The notes under the pieces were generated by a model that had not been told where the DNA came from, ran no database searches, and worked only from the letters and a program-made list of their open reading frames with translations. Positions 10,681-21,353 of a DNA stretch of 64,000 nucleotides are shown here, in pieces. Each line of letters opens with the position of its first letter. The first letter of the stretch is position 1. Source of the DNA: an uncultured Pelagibacteraceae bacterium (GTDB taxonomy: Bacteria; Pseudomonadota; Alphaproteobacteria; Pelagibacterales; AG-422-B15); NCBI GenBank assembly GCA_902526565.1, contig CABZLP010000001.1, positions 64,361 through 128,360 on the forward strand, given 5' to 3'. The translations under genes and the position numbers were made by a program.

Positions 10681-11451
10681 ATGACATCACTTTTTAATTT
10701 AAAAGATAAAAATGCAATTATCACTGGATCTTCACGTGGCATAGGTAAGGCTATTGCATATCGAATGGCTGAGCATGGCGCTAAAGTAATAATAACAAGT
10801 CGCAAAATTGATGCATGCGAGAACGTTGCGGAAGAAATTAATAGTACGTTTGGTAAGGATACCGCTACAGCAATATCATGTAATATTTCTGACAAAGAAC
10901 AGTTAAAAAACTTGTATGTTAAATCAAAGGAGTTTTGTGGAAGTATAACAACTTTAGTATGCAACGCGGCTGTAAATCCATATTTTGGGCCATCTAACAA
11001 CATACCAGATGAAGCATTTGAAAAAATAATGAAATCAAATGTACAGAGCAACTTTTGGCTATGTAACGAAATACTGCCCGATATGGTAAAAATAAAAAGT
11101 GGTTCTATCATTATAATTTCATCAATAGCAGGTCTACACGGAAGCAGCATGTTAGGCGCTTATGCTATTAGCAAGGCCGCTGACTCTCAGTTAGCACGGA
11201 ATATTTCAGTGGAGTATGGCAGAAATAATATTAGAGCAAATTGTATATCTCCGGGGCTAATCAAGACTGATTTTGCACGTGCACTTTGGGAGAACGAAGA
11301 CATTTTGAGGGTAACAACAGCTAAATCAGCGCTCAAAAGAATTGGCATGCCCGATGAAATCGCAGGTGCCGCCGTCTACCTTGCTTCTGAAGCAGGCTCG
11401 TTTATGACTGGACAAAATATAGTTATAGACGGTGGAGAGTCTGAACAGTAG
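10681..11451 (+). CDS. SDR-family oxidoreductase
   Basis: Has the TGSSRGIGKAIA cofactor motif, NAAV, and the catalytic YAISKAA. Confidence 0.85.
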   Translation: MTSLFNLKDKNAIITGSSRGIGKAIAYRMAEHGAKVIITSRKIDACENVAEEINSTFGKDTATAISCNISDKEQLKNLYVKSKEFCGSITTLVCNAAVNPYFGPSNNIPDEAFEKIMKSNVQSNFWLCNEILPDMVKIKSGSIIIISSIAGLHGSSMLGAYAISKAADSQLARNISVEYGRNNIRANCISPGLIKTDFARALWENEDILRVTTAKSALKRIGMPDEIAGAAVYLASEAGSFMTGQNIVIDGGESEQ

Positions 11452-11509
11452 TCAAAGTGTTGTAAAATAAGCATTTTTTGACATCTTTTATAATTATTCG
11501 TTTTTGAAG

Positions 11510-11546
11510 CCCCTCTTGACACATACGCACTGATTCACTATATGCC
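11510..11546 (+). promoter_or_regulatory. Putative sigma-32 (RpoH)-type heat-shock promoter of groESL
   Basis: CCCTCTTGAC (-35-like, 11511-11520), a 15-nt spacer, then CACTATAT (-10-like, 11536-11543), about 45 nt upstream of the groES ATG. This resembles CCCTTGAA-N13-15-CCCCATNT. No CIRCE inverted repeat was seen. Confidence 0.4.
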
Positions 11547-11589
11547 TAGGTAATTAAGCAAAAGATATTAAATATTTAGGAGATTAAAA

Positions 11590-11910
11590 ATGGATTTTCG
11601 ACCTTTACATGATCGTGTTCTCGTAAGGAGATTGGACACTGAAGAAAAAACTGCTGGAGGGATTATCATTCCTGATACAGCTCAAGAAAAACCTCAAGAA
11701 GGACAAATTGTTGCTGTTGGGTCAGGAACAAAATCTGAAGATGGGAAAGTCACACCATTAGATTTAAAAGCGGGAGATATTGTCCTCTTTGGAAAATGGT
11801 CTGGCACTGAAGTCAAAGTTAATGGGGAAGAGCTTTGTATCATGAAAGAGTCCGACATCATGGGTGTCATTGAAAAAAAATCAAAATCAAAATCAAAAAA
11901 GAAAAAATAA
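11590..11910 (+). CDS. groES: Co-chaperonin GroES (with an unusual Lys/Ser tail)
   Basis: Starts [14 protein letters not shown]...TAGGIIIPD..., and is extended by a C-terminal [11 protein letters not shown]. Confidence 0.95.
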   Translation: MDFRPLHDRVLVRRLDTEEKTAGGIIIPDTAQEKPQEGQIVAVGSGTKSEDGKVTPLDLKAGDIVLFGKWSGTEVKVNGEELCIMKESDIMGVIEKKSKSKSKKKK

Positions 11911-11931
11911 ATTTTAAATCAAGGAGAATAA

Positions 11932-13584
<1,653 letters not shown>

Positions 13585-13603
13585 TAATCATTAACGATAA
13601 ACT

Positions 13604-13637
13604 CTAAAAAAACCCGGCCTTGCCGGGTTTTTTTTAT
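13604..13637. terminator. Bidirectional intrinsic terminator between groEL (+) and hisG (-)
   Basis: A-run, then a 6-bp GC stem CCCGGC (13613-13618) pairing with GCCGGG (13622-13627) around the 3-nt loop CTT (13619-13621), then a T-run of 9. Confidence 0.75.
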
Positions 13638-14335
13638 TCAAACTTATTGATAAAATTTTTATAATTATTTTCTATTTCTTTATCCCACTCCGCAACTTTT
13701 GAAGAAAAGAAATTTGCTGATGATTTCAGGATTATGCCATCATCAAGAACTCTTAAATTGTTAGCCCTTAGTGTTTCACCTGTTGATGTTATATCAGTGA
13801 TGATTTCAGAAAAACCATTGAAAGGCGCGCTTTCAGTAGAGCCGTCACTTTCAACAGTTCTATAATCAACAACTCCACATTTAGAAAAGAAATTATTTGT
13901 TAAGTTCTTATATTTAGTTGCTACACGTAACCTTTTTGAATATTTATCTCTGTGATTATTGCTCACTTCTTCCAAATCAGCCATCGTCATTACATCAATC
14001 CAGATATCAGGTACAGCAACAACCAGATCCGCTTTTCCAAAATCTAACTCCAGATCCTTTGTTATTTTTGAATTAAAATTGAAAATTTTTTCTTGTATCA
14101 GATCATCACCGGTTAAGCCTACATGGATTGATCCCTCATCAAGTCTATTGGTAATTTCCTTAGCGCTTAAAAAATATAGAACTGTATCTTTTAGTCCTTT
14201 TATTGCACCAATATAATCTCTATCATTTACAAGATTTTCAAAAGTAATATTTTTATCTAAAAAAAGTTTCTCCATGTCTTTTCTTAACCTGCCTTTGCTG
14301 GGTAGTCCTATTCTTAATTTATTTTCGAATTTCAT
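13634..14335 (-). CDS. hisG: ATP phosphoribosyltransferase, short form
   Basis: 233 aa starting LRIGLPSKGRL, downstream of hisZ as expected for the HisZ-dependent short form. Confidence 0.85.
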   Translation of the reverse strand: MKFENKLRIGLPSKGRLRKDMEKLFLDKNITFENLVNDRDYIGAIKGLKDTVLYFLSAKEITNRLDEGSIHVGLTGDDLIQEKIFNFNSKITKDLELDFGKADLVVAVPDIWIDVMTMADLEEVSNNHRDKYSKRLRVATKYKNLTNNFFSKCGVVDYRTVESDGSTESAPFNGFSEIITDITSTGETLRANNLRVLDDGIILKSSANFFSSKVAEWDKEIENNYKNFINKFE

Positions 14336-14337
14336 GA

Positions 14338-15465
14338 TTATAAAATTTTACTTAAGTTATTATTATTTGTTGCAAACCCTATAGCTGACAGTTTGTTTCT
14401 AGACCCTAAAATATTAAGTAACTTATCGTATCTTCCACCAGTTATTAACTTGATGTTGCCTGATTGATCATAGATTTCGAACATGACGCCATCATAAAAT
14501 TCAATTGAATGTCCAAAGTCATTGTTGAAATTAAATTTAGATATGTCCATTTCAGATGAAACAGCGTTCTTGAATTCTTCCATGCCATCAATCTCTTTTT
14601 TAAAAAAATCAAGCTTTTGATCACTTACAAACTCCCTTAAAATATTCGGAAAAGTATCAAGAGAAGCTTTCAAACCTAAAAAACTCTTAATCAGATTTAC
14701 CATTTGTTTTCCATTGCTCTCAGAGACGATATTTTCACTTTTCTCCTGAAATCGGCTAACGATTTCTTCAACTGTCCTTGAGCCTGAACCAGAATTGCTA
14801 TTGGAATTAATTAGATCAACCAAGTTTGCACTTGAATTAGCATCCAAACCTAGTCTTTCATTGATAATTTCATCTTTTTTCAATTCGTCATAACCGACAC
14901 CTTGCCCTAATCGATTTAACAAACTATCAAAATATGCTCTTCTAAAAAAATGCCTGACAATTCTTTGTTTCCACCTGATCGGTAAATCTAAATAACTTAT
15001 AAAACTATTAAAGAGGTTTAGACTGCCTATTTTAATTTGGTACTCGTTAATATTTAATTTATCTAGTATTTTGACTGCCGTTTTAAGCGTATAAATATCT
15101 TTTTCATAAATAGTTTTTAGCTTTTTTTCTGTAAAAATAATTTCAACCCCTGATTGGTTTAATTCAATTGATGCATCATTTATTCCATTGAGTGACCTAA
15201 ATACTGGTCCAGTATAGCATAAATTAGCTTCATTTTTTTTATCATTACTTTTAATAAAACTTCGACACGTAGGGATCGTCATGTCTGGTCTCAGACATTT
15301 TTCCTTGCCTGAACCATCTATAAAAGAATACATCTGACTTCTGATTTCTTCTCCCGATGTTTCATAAAAAATGTCAGAGTCATGAACTAAAGGAAGCTCT
15401 ACATATTGAAATCCTAAATCAATAAAATAATCTTTTAATCTAATATTTAATTCCTGTAGTGACAT
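14338..15465 (-). CDS. hisZ: ATP phosphoribosyltransferase regulatory subunit (HisRS paralog)
   Basis: 375 aa with a class II aaRS-like core (LRPDMT, GPVFR) and no anticodon-binding domain. It lies between hisS and hisG. Confidence 0.75.
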   Translation of the reverse strand: MSLQELNIRLKDYFIDLGFQYVELPLVHDSDIFYETSGEEIRSQMYSFIDGSGKEKCLRPDMTIPTCRSFIKSNDKKNEANLCYTGPVFRSLNGINDASIELNQSGVEIIFTEKKLKTIYEKDIYTLKTAVKILDKLNINEYQIKIGSLNLFNSFISYLDLPIRWKQRIVRHFFRRAYFDSLLNRLGQGVGYDELKKDEIINERLGLDANSSANLVDLINSNSNSGSGSRTVEEIVSRFQEKSENIVSESNGKQMVNLIKSFLGLKASLDTFPNILREFVSDQKLDFFKKEIDGMEEFKNAVSSEMDISKFNFNNDFGHSIEFYDGVMFEIYDQSGNIKLITGGRYDKLLNILGSRNKLSAIGFATNNNNLSKIL

Positions 15466-15468
15466 AGA

Positions 15469-16860
15469 TCAAATTTTTAGTATTTCCTGTAGAGTGCTTA
15501 CTAAATCCTCTCTAATTACTTCTTTTTGACCTGCTTTAGTTTCTTTCCATTCTTTACGTCCAGTTATATTTTTTGAAATCTCACTTCCCTTTTTTAAATC
15601 TTTGAGTGATATTTTATTGTTTTTAATTTCATCATCACCTGCAATTACAACTGCATCAGCTTGCTTACGATCGCAATATTTAAGTTGCTTAGCTAAGTTT
15701 TTTGAGCCAAAAGAAATCTCGCAGGCCATGCCTGCATCTCTAATTTCAGATGCCATTCGAATATACTCGGATAAATTATTGTCTCCTAAATTTGCTACAA
15801 TTACTAAAGGTCTCGATTTGGCTTTAATGAGATCCAACTGCTCTAGAGCGACAATAAGCCTGTCAACACCAACAGAAATACCAGTAGCGGGAACGTCCTC
15901 TTTCCCAAATCTTGATATCAGTTTGTCATATCTTCCTCCTCCAGCCACTGATCCAAAAACTATAGTTTCACCTTTTGTATTTTTTATATCGATTAATAGT
16001 TCAGCTTCAAAAATCATGCCTGTATAGTAATCCAATCCTCTTACAATGGATGGATCAAATGAAATTGGATAATCTGCAAAATTCCCTAGATAAGAGTTAA
16101 ACTCATCAATATCATCACTCGTTTGCTTCTGGTCGTTCATAAAGTCTAAAATCATTGATGCTTGTTCATTATCAAGACCTACGCCTTCCATAAAATCACC
16201 AGATTTATCTTTTCTACCCGCACATAATAACTCTTTAACACCTTCATCACCTAGACGATCTTTTTTATCTACTGCTCTAAGAATTTTTGACTCAACTTCT
16301 TTCGAAGTATTTATTTTCTCAAAAAGACTTGTCCAAATTTTTCTATTTGAATATTTAATTTTAAATTGAGAATCATTTAAACCCAGCCTTCTCAAGATAT
16401 TTACAACCATAACGCATAATTCAGCATCGATTAGATTTGACTGAATTCCGATAACATCTGCATCAAATTGCAAGAATTCTCTGAATCTTCCTGGCCCTGG
16501 CTTTTCATTTCTCCATACTATTCCTGATTGATATCTTTTAAATGGCTTTACTAAATTTTGATAATTCTGTGCAACATATCGTGCTAAAGGAGCTGTAAGG
16601 TCATATCGTAATGATAGCCATTGACCGTCTTCATCTTGTAACGAAAAAACACCTCCACTAGGTCGATCTATATCAGGCAAAAACTTACCGAGACTATCAG
16701 TGTATTCAATGGATGAGGTTTCTAATTCAACAAATCCAAATTTTAGACACTCTTCCTCTATTACCTCAGTAACTTTTTTTCTGAGAGTCAAGAGTTGTTT
16801 CTCATTGTCTTTAAACCCTCTAGGTAAAATGGCCTTGGGTTTATTGTTATTCTTGGTCAT
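15469..16860 (-). CDS. hisS: Histidine--tRNA ligase (long alphaproteobacterial type)
   Basis: 463 aa with PRGFKD, LRYDLTAPLARY, RFREFLQFDADVIG and GGGRYD motifs. Confidence 0.9.
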   Translation of the reverse strand: MTKNNNKPKAILPRGFKDNEKQLLTLRKKVTEVIEEECLKFGFVELETSSIEYTDSLGKFLPDIDRPSGGVFSLQDEDGQWLSLRYDLTAPLARYVAQNYQNLVKPFKRYQSGIVWRNEKPGPGRFREFLQFDADVIGIQSNLIDAELCVMVVNILRRLGLNDSQFKIKYSNRKIWTSLFEKINTSKEVESKILRAVDKKDRLGDEGVKELLCAGRKDKSGDFMEGVGLDNEQASMILDFMNDQKQTSDDIDEFNSYLGNFADYPISFDPSIVRGLDYYTGMIFEAELLIDIKNTKGETIVFGSVAGGGRYDKLISRFGKEDVPATGISVGVDRLIVALEQLDLIKAKSRPLVIVANLGDNNLSEYIRMASEIRDAGMACEISFGSKNLAKQLKYCDRKQADAVVIAGDDEIKNNKISLKDLKKGSEISKNITGRKEWKETKAGQKEVIREDLVSTLQEILKI

Positions 16861-17074
16861 ACAATTCCTATCGTTAGCACGATACTACAAAGTTAGTTTA
16901 TTTAATATAAAAAGGGGTTGTTGTTCGCTGACGCTTTTTGTTCAGCAAACTTAAATATGAATATGATGATGTGTAAAAACAATCATGAACAGTGAAATGC
17001 CTTATTTATTCAAAAAAGTCAAATTTTTATAATTTTTATTATTAAGTGAAGCCGAAATACTCTATTTTTATTAA

Positions 17075-18274
17075 ATGATTATCACTGAAAACAGTAGAAA
17101 ATTAACTGTTATTTATGCTGCGCTTGGCCATCTATTGATGCACATGTTTGCTGCATTTTACTTTGTAATTGTTCTTGCGATTGAAGATGAGTGGAAATTT
17201 TCATATGACGAGCTTTTAAATCTATGGTTTCTTGGGTCTCTTCTTGTTGGCATAGGATCTTTACCAGCTGGATGGATTAGTGATCGATGGAGCCGTTCAG
17301 GAATGATTGCAGTAATGTTTTTAGGTCTAGGTATTAGTTCGGTTCTTTGTGGTCTGAGTGGAAACAAATTATCTCTTTTTATTAGTCTATCCTTGCTTGG
17401 CTTATTTTGCTCGATATATCACCCTGCTGGAATATCCTGGATAGTTAATACATCAAAAGAAACAGGACGTGCACTTGGTTTCAATAATATATTTGGAGGC
17501 GTAGGAATTGGATTGGGAGCTTTTTTTGCTGGTATTTTAATTGATCAGATTAATTGGCAAGCTGCGTTTATATTCCCTGGAATAATTTCTATACTAACAG
17601 GCTTATGTCTCTCATATCATTTGAAATCAGGAAAAATTTCATTGACTAATATTAAATCAGAACAATTTCGAGATAATCCAGAAAAAAATCAAATGCTAAA
17701 AATTGCGATTATAATGCTTGTAAGTATTACATGTTTGAGTTTTGTATATCAAATTCTTCAAACAAGTTTGCCTAAAGCAATTGATATCAGACTGTCGAAC
17801 AGCCTAAACCTCTCAACGTCTGAGATTGGATATATTGTAGCCACCATTTATATTGTAAGCGGTTTAATGAACTACATAGGCGGTATTTTAACAGATAAAT
17901 ATTCTGAGAAAGTAATTTATGCTATTGGCATCATCGGGCAAGGTACTCTTCTTTTACTCATTGTTAGTCTTTCAAATTATTGGTTAATTGTTATCAGTCT
18001 CATGATTGTTGCTTTTAATTCAAGTATACTTCCAGCAGAAAATTTATTACTGGCTAAGTTCTCACCAGAAAAATATCAAAGTCTTGTTTATGGTATAAAA
18101 TTCATTGTTTCATTCTCTGTGGGGCCAATAGCCCTGATCTTAATTTCTAGAAGTTATGAAATAAGTGGTGAGTTTGGATTTCTTTATTTACTTTTTGGAT
18201 TTGTAATGATCTTGCTCTTTTTAATTGTACTAACTCTTCCCGTAAAAAAATCATTAGTTGGTACAGCTGGGTAG
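17075..18274 (+). CDS. MFS transporter
   Basis: 399 aa with about 12 TM segments and a loop 2-3 motif GWISDRWSR. Its last 16 nt overlap tRNA-His on the opposite strand. Confidence 0.75.
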   Translation: MIITENSRKLTVIYAALGHLLMHMFAAFYFVIVLAIEDEWKFSYDELLNLWFLGSLLVGIGSLPAGWISDRWSRSGMIAVMFLGLGISSVLCGLSGNKLSLFISLSLLGLFCSIYHPAGISWIVNTSKETGRALGFNNIFGGVGIGLGAFFAGILIDQINWQAAFIFPGIISILTGLCLSYHLKSGKISLTNIKSEQFRDNPEKNQMLKIAIIMLVSITCLSFVYQILQTSLPKAIDIRLSNSLNLSTSEIGYIVATIYIVSGLMNYIGGILTDKYSEKVIYAIGIIGQGTLLLLIVSLSNYWLIVISLMIVAFNSSILPAENLLLAKFSPEKYQSLVYGIKFIVSFSVGPIALILISRSYEISGEFGFLYLLFGFVMILLFLIVLTLPVKKSLVGTAG

Positions 18275-18335
18275 ACTTGAACTACCGACCTCCTGGTCCA
18301 CAACCAGGCGCTCTAACCAACTGAGCTACAGCTGC
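18259..18335 (-). tRNA. tRNA-His (anticodon GTG), no encoded G-1, G1-U72, A73, CCA encoded
   Basis: Hand-folded from the reverse complement: GCAGCTG TA GCTC AGTTGGTTA GAGC G CCTGG TTGTGGA CCAGG AGGTC GGTAG TTCAAGT CTACC CAGCTGT A CCA. Confidence 0.9.
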
Positions 18336-18340
18336 ATAAG

Positions 18341-18416
18341 TGGTGGCTCGAGGTGGATTTGAACCACCGACACAAGGATTTTCAGTCCTTTGCTCTACCA
18401 ACTGAGCTATCGAGCC
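18341..18416 (-). tRNA. tRNA-Phe (anticodon GAA)
   Basis: Hand-folded from the reverse complement: GGCTCGA TA GCTC AGTTGGTA GAGC A AAGGA CTGAAAA TCCTT GTGTC GGTGG TTCAAAT CCACC TCGAGCC A CCA. It lies 5 nt upstream of tRNA-His. Confidence 0.93.
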
Positions 18417-18485
18417 TCACGTTAGTAATGTAAGTCTTTTATTCTATAAGAAGTATTCGTGCAAAGAAAATATTCTTATTGCTAA

Positions 18486-18842
18486 TTAATTAAGCTTTTC
18501 ATTTAATCTGCTTATCAAATCCTGCACACTTTCTAATGAGTTTAATTCGTCAGCATCAATCATAAGCTGATAATTATCGTCATTTTTAATATAAACACAT
18601 GGTAGATTGATTTGCTTAGGTACAAACTCTAAGTCTGCGAGATGGTCAATGTAATAAAAGCTGCTCTTTATTTTAAGTGACTTAAGATAATTACCCCAAA
18701 TCTTTTCCTTACCTCGATTGTTATATGTGATAGAGCACAAATGACATTCATAAGTACTTGGTGAAATTATTTTATGACCCCAATCTATGAGAGCATTGAA
18801 AATGCCACTTTTTGCATTGTAAATAAAAATTAATTCTCTCAT
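18486..18842 (-). CDS. Hypothetical protein with a CxxC motif
   Basis: 118-aa ORF containing YECHLCSITY. Its start overlaps the maf stop by 4 nt. I do not recognise a family. Confidence 0.5.
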   Translation of the reverse strand: MRELIFIYNAKSGIFNALIDWGHKIISPSTYECHLCSITYNNRGKEKIWGNYLKSLKIKSSFYYIDHLADLEFVPKQINLPCVYIKNDDNYQLMIDADELNSLESVQDLISRLNEKLN

Positions 18843-19411
18843 GATTTTATTAAACCAACCGAACCCAATAAGTTATTAGTTTGAAACAATGGTAATCCAA
18901 CTACATTTGAATACGAGCCGTTTATTGACTTGATAAAAACTTCAGCAAAGCCCTGAATTTTGTATGATCCTGCAACATTTTTCCATTCATTTGTTTTGAT
19001 GTAGTTATCAATATCTTTTTTATTAAGCAGTTTAAAATTCACTGTAGTTGTGACACTCCTACTTATGACTTTATTCTTAGTATCTCGTAGGCATAATACG
19101 GTTGAAACGCGATGTCTTCGACCCGATAATTTATTGAGATTTTTCCTAGCAATAACTTCATCATTTGTTTTATCAATTATTCTTCTTCCACTATAGGCAA
19201 TAGTATCTGCCGTAAGAATCACAGCATTTTCATGCTTCCCATCAAAGTACTTCATCTTTTGAGTAGCTATTCGTTTACAGTAATCTAAGGGTAATTCCTT
19301 TTTGTTGATCGTCTCGTCAATATTTGGTGAGATTATTTCATCAGGTTTAATCCCAATAATTGATATCAATTCTAATCTTCTAGGAGATGAGCTGCCTAAA
19401 ATAAATTTCAA
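18839..19411 (-). CDS. maf: Maf-like nucleoside triphosphate pyrophosphatase
   Basis: Has ILGSSSPRR, the TADT motif, and GAYKIQG-like SYKIQG. Confidence 0.85.
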   Translation of the reverse strand: MKFILGSSSPRRLELISIIGIKPDEIISPNIDETINKKELPLDYCKRIATQKMKYFDGKHENAVILTADTIAYSGRRIIDKTNDEVIARKNLNKLSGRRHRVSTVLCLRDTKNKVISRSVTTTVNFKLLNKKDIDNYIKTNEWKNVAGSYKIQGFAEVFIKSINGSYSNVVGLPLFQTNNLLGSVGLIKS

Positions 19412-19424
19412 TATATTCTCTTGG

Positions 19425-19643
19425 TTATTTATATCTAAATATTATTCTACCTTTAGTAAGGTCGTAAGGTGTGATCTGAACAAGAACTTCATCACCTGCT
19501 AAGACTCTAATTCTATTTTTTCTCATTCTACCAGCTGTATGTGCCAGAACTTCATGGCCATTTTCTAGTGCAACTTTAAACATTGCATTTGGAAGTATAT
19601 CAGTAACTTTACCCTTAAATTCTAAAATCTCTTCTTTTGACAT
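19425..19643 (-). CDS. infA: Translation initiation factor IF-1
   Basis: 72 aa; the sequence [13 protein letters not shown]...[14 protein letters not shown] is canonical. Confidence 0.95.
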   Translation of the reverse strand: MSKEEILEFKGKVTDILPNAMFKVALENGHEVLAHTAGRMRKNRIRVLAGDEVLVQITPYDLTKGRIIFRYK

Positions 19644-19646
19644 ATA

Positions 19647-20942
19647 TTATTTTTTTGTAAGCCTATATTCTATTGACCTTGAATGTCCGTCAAGACCTTC
19701 ATTATCAGCGATTGTCATAGCACTATTACCAATTTCTTCAATACCTTCTTTTGTAAATTCAACAAGCGATATTTTCTTTAGAAAGTCAAATACTGATAGT
19801 CCTGATGAAAATTTTGCGCTCCTTGATGTAGGCAATACATGGCTTGGACCAGCAACATAGTCACCTAATGCTTCGGGTGTATTCCTACCGAGAAATACTG
19901 CACCTGCATTAACAATATATTTAAGAAACTCTCTTGCATTATCAATAGCAAGCTCGAGGTGTTCAGGAGCTAATTGATTTGAGATATCAAAAGCCTCTTT
20001 GAGGTCACGTGCAACAATGATTTTACCATTTTTATCCCAGCTTGCTAACGCAATCTCTTTTCGCGGAAGAGACTCTAATTGACGAGGTACTTCTTTTTCA
20101 ACTACTTCAGCTAATGTTTGATCAGTAGTAATTAGAATGCTTTGGGCACTTTTATCATGCTCAGATTGGGCTATGAGATCAGCAGAAATAATTTTTGGAT
20201 CACTATTCTGGTCAGAAATTACAACTATTTCTGAAGGTCCCGCAAACATGTCAATCCCAACAAGTCCTGAAACTTGCCGTTTTGCTTCAGCGACATAAAT
20301 ATTACCAGGTCCAACAATTTTATTTACAGGTGCCACGCTTTCAGTCCCATATGCCATTGCAGCGACTGCCTGAGAGCCACCCATGCAATATATTTTTTTA
20401 ATGCCAACAATTTTTGCAGCATATAAAACTGATGGATTAATCTGTCCGTCAGTTAGTGGTGTAGCCATTACTATTTCTTGTACGCCTGCAACCATAGCTG
20501 GTATTGCATTCATAAGAACTGTACTAGGATAGCTTGCTGTTCCACCTGGCACATAAATCCCTGCTGTTTCCAAAGGTTTCCACATATATCCAAGAGTAGA
20601 TTTTAGATCGTCATTAAAACTTAGATCCTGTGGTAATTGTTTTTCATGGTATACCCTAACTCGATCGGCTGCTATTTGAATAGCCTTGCATATCTGTTCA
20701 GGTAATTCATCTGTCTGATTGTTGATTGCAGTTTCATCTAAAATGAAGTTTGATTTTGTAAGTTCATTGCGATCAAGTTGGTTGGTATACTCTATAAGAG
20801 CACCATCACCTTTGGTTCTTACATCATTAATTATATTAGCTACAACATCTTTTACATCTATGTCATCTGACCTATTAGTATTTAATAAATTTTCAAATTC
20901 CTGTGAAAAGTCTGAATTGCTTGTATTAATTATTTTGTTCAT
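19647..20942 (-). CDS. hisD: Histidinol dehydrogenase
   Basis: 431 aa with IAQSEHD and GDY.AGPSHVLPT motifs. Confidence 0.93.
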   Translation of the reverse strand: MNKIINTSNSDFSQEFENLLNTNRSDDIDVKDVVANIINDVRTKGDGALIEYTNQLDRNELTKSNFILDETAINNQTDELPEQICKAIQIAADRVRVYHEKQLPQDLSFNDDLKSTLGYMWKPLETAGIYVPGGTASYPSTVLMNAIPAMVAGVQEIVMATPLTDGQINPSVLYAAKIVGIKKIYCMGGSQAVAAMAYGTESVAPVNKIVGPGNIYVAEAKRQVSGLVGIDMFAGPSEIVVISDQNSDPKIISADLIAQSEHDKSAQSILITTDQTLAEVVEKEVPRQLESLPRKEIALASWDKNGKIIVARDLKEAFDISNQLAPEHLELAIDNAREFLKYIVNAGAVFLGRNTPEALGDYVAGPSHVLPTSRSAKFSSGLSVFDFLKKISLVEFTKEGIEEIGNSAMTIADNEGLDGHSRSIEYRLTKK

Positions 20943-21348
20943 TTACTTTTTCTTCTGTATCCCAAGGATTTCCTTGATCATCTAATTTGCACCGAATAAT
21001 TTCAGTTTCGAGTTTTATAATTGCATCATTTTTGAAAAGCAATTCAATTTCAATATTTTTTGACTTATTGGGATAATAGTTAAAAGTCAAAAGTTCTAAT
21101 TTCTTTGATTTATTCAATTGATCAATATTTTTTGAATAAACCGATATAACGTCCTCAAAGCATAGAACGGCCTTAATACGCTGATTGACTTTATTTACTA
21201 TTTTTTCTTCCCACATAAATCGTGTAATCATTAGGAAGAATGATCTTATTGATGGTAGGTATTTAATATCACTTACTTCAATGAGTCCGTCCTGCAATAT
21301 TGTCCCAATAATTTTTAATTCATCAGTATCAATTGCATTTAAATTCAT
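20926..21348 (-). CDS. DUF2948-family protein
   Basis: Starts LNAIDTDELKIIGTILQDGL, and sits between murA and hisD as is typical in Alphaproteobacteria (from memory). Confidence 0.7.
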   Translation of the reverse strand: MNLNAIDTDELKIIGTILQDGLIEVSDIKYLPSIRSFFLMITRFMWEEKIVNKVNQRIKAVLCFEDVISVYSKNIDQLNKSKKLELLTFNYYPNKSKNIEIELLFKNDAIIKLETEIIRCKLDDQGNPWDTEEKVNEQNN

Positions 21349-21353
21349 AATTT

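Noticed and set aside
10677-11150. 157-aa minus-strand ORF.
   Set aside because: It is fully antisense to the SDR gene, which has unambiguous cofactor and catalytic motifs.
11452-11589. CIRCE (HrcA) operator upstream of groES.
   Set aside because: No TTAGCACTC-N9-GAGTGCTAA-like inverted repeat is present. Only a sigma-32-like promoter pattern was found.
18259-18480. Genomic island, integrase or attachment site next to the tRNA-Phe/His pair, and likewise next to tRNA-Thr at 38361.
   Set aside because: The flanking genes are conserved housekeeping genes. No integrase, direct repeat of a tRNA 3' end, or compositional break was seen.
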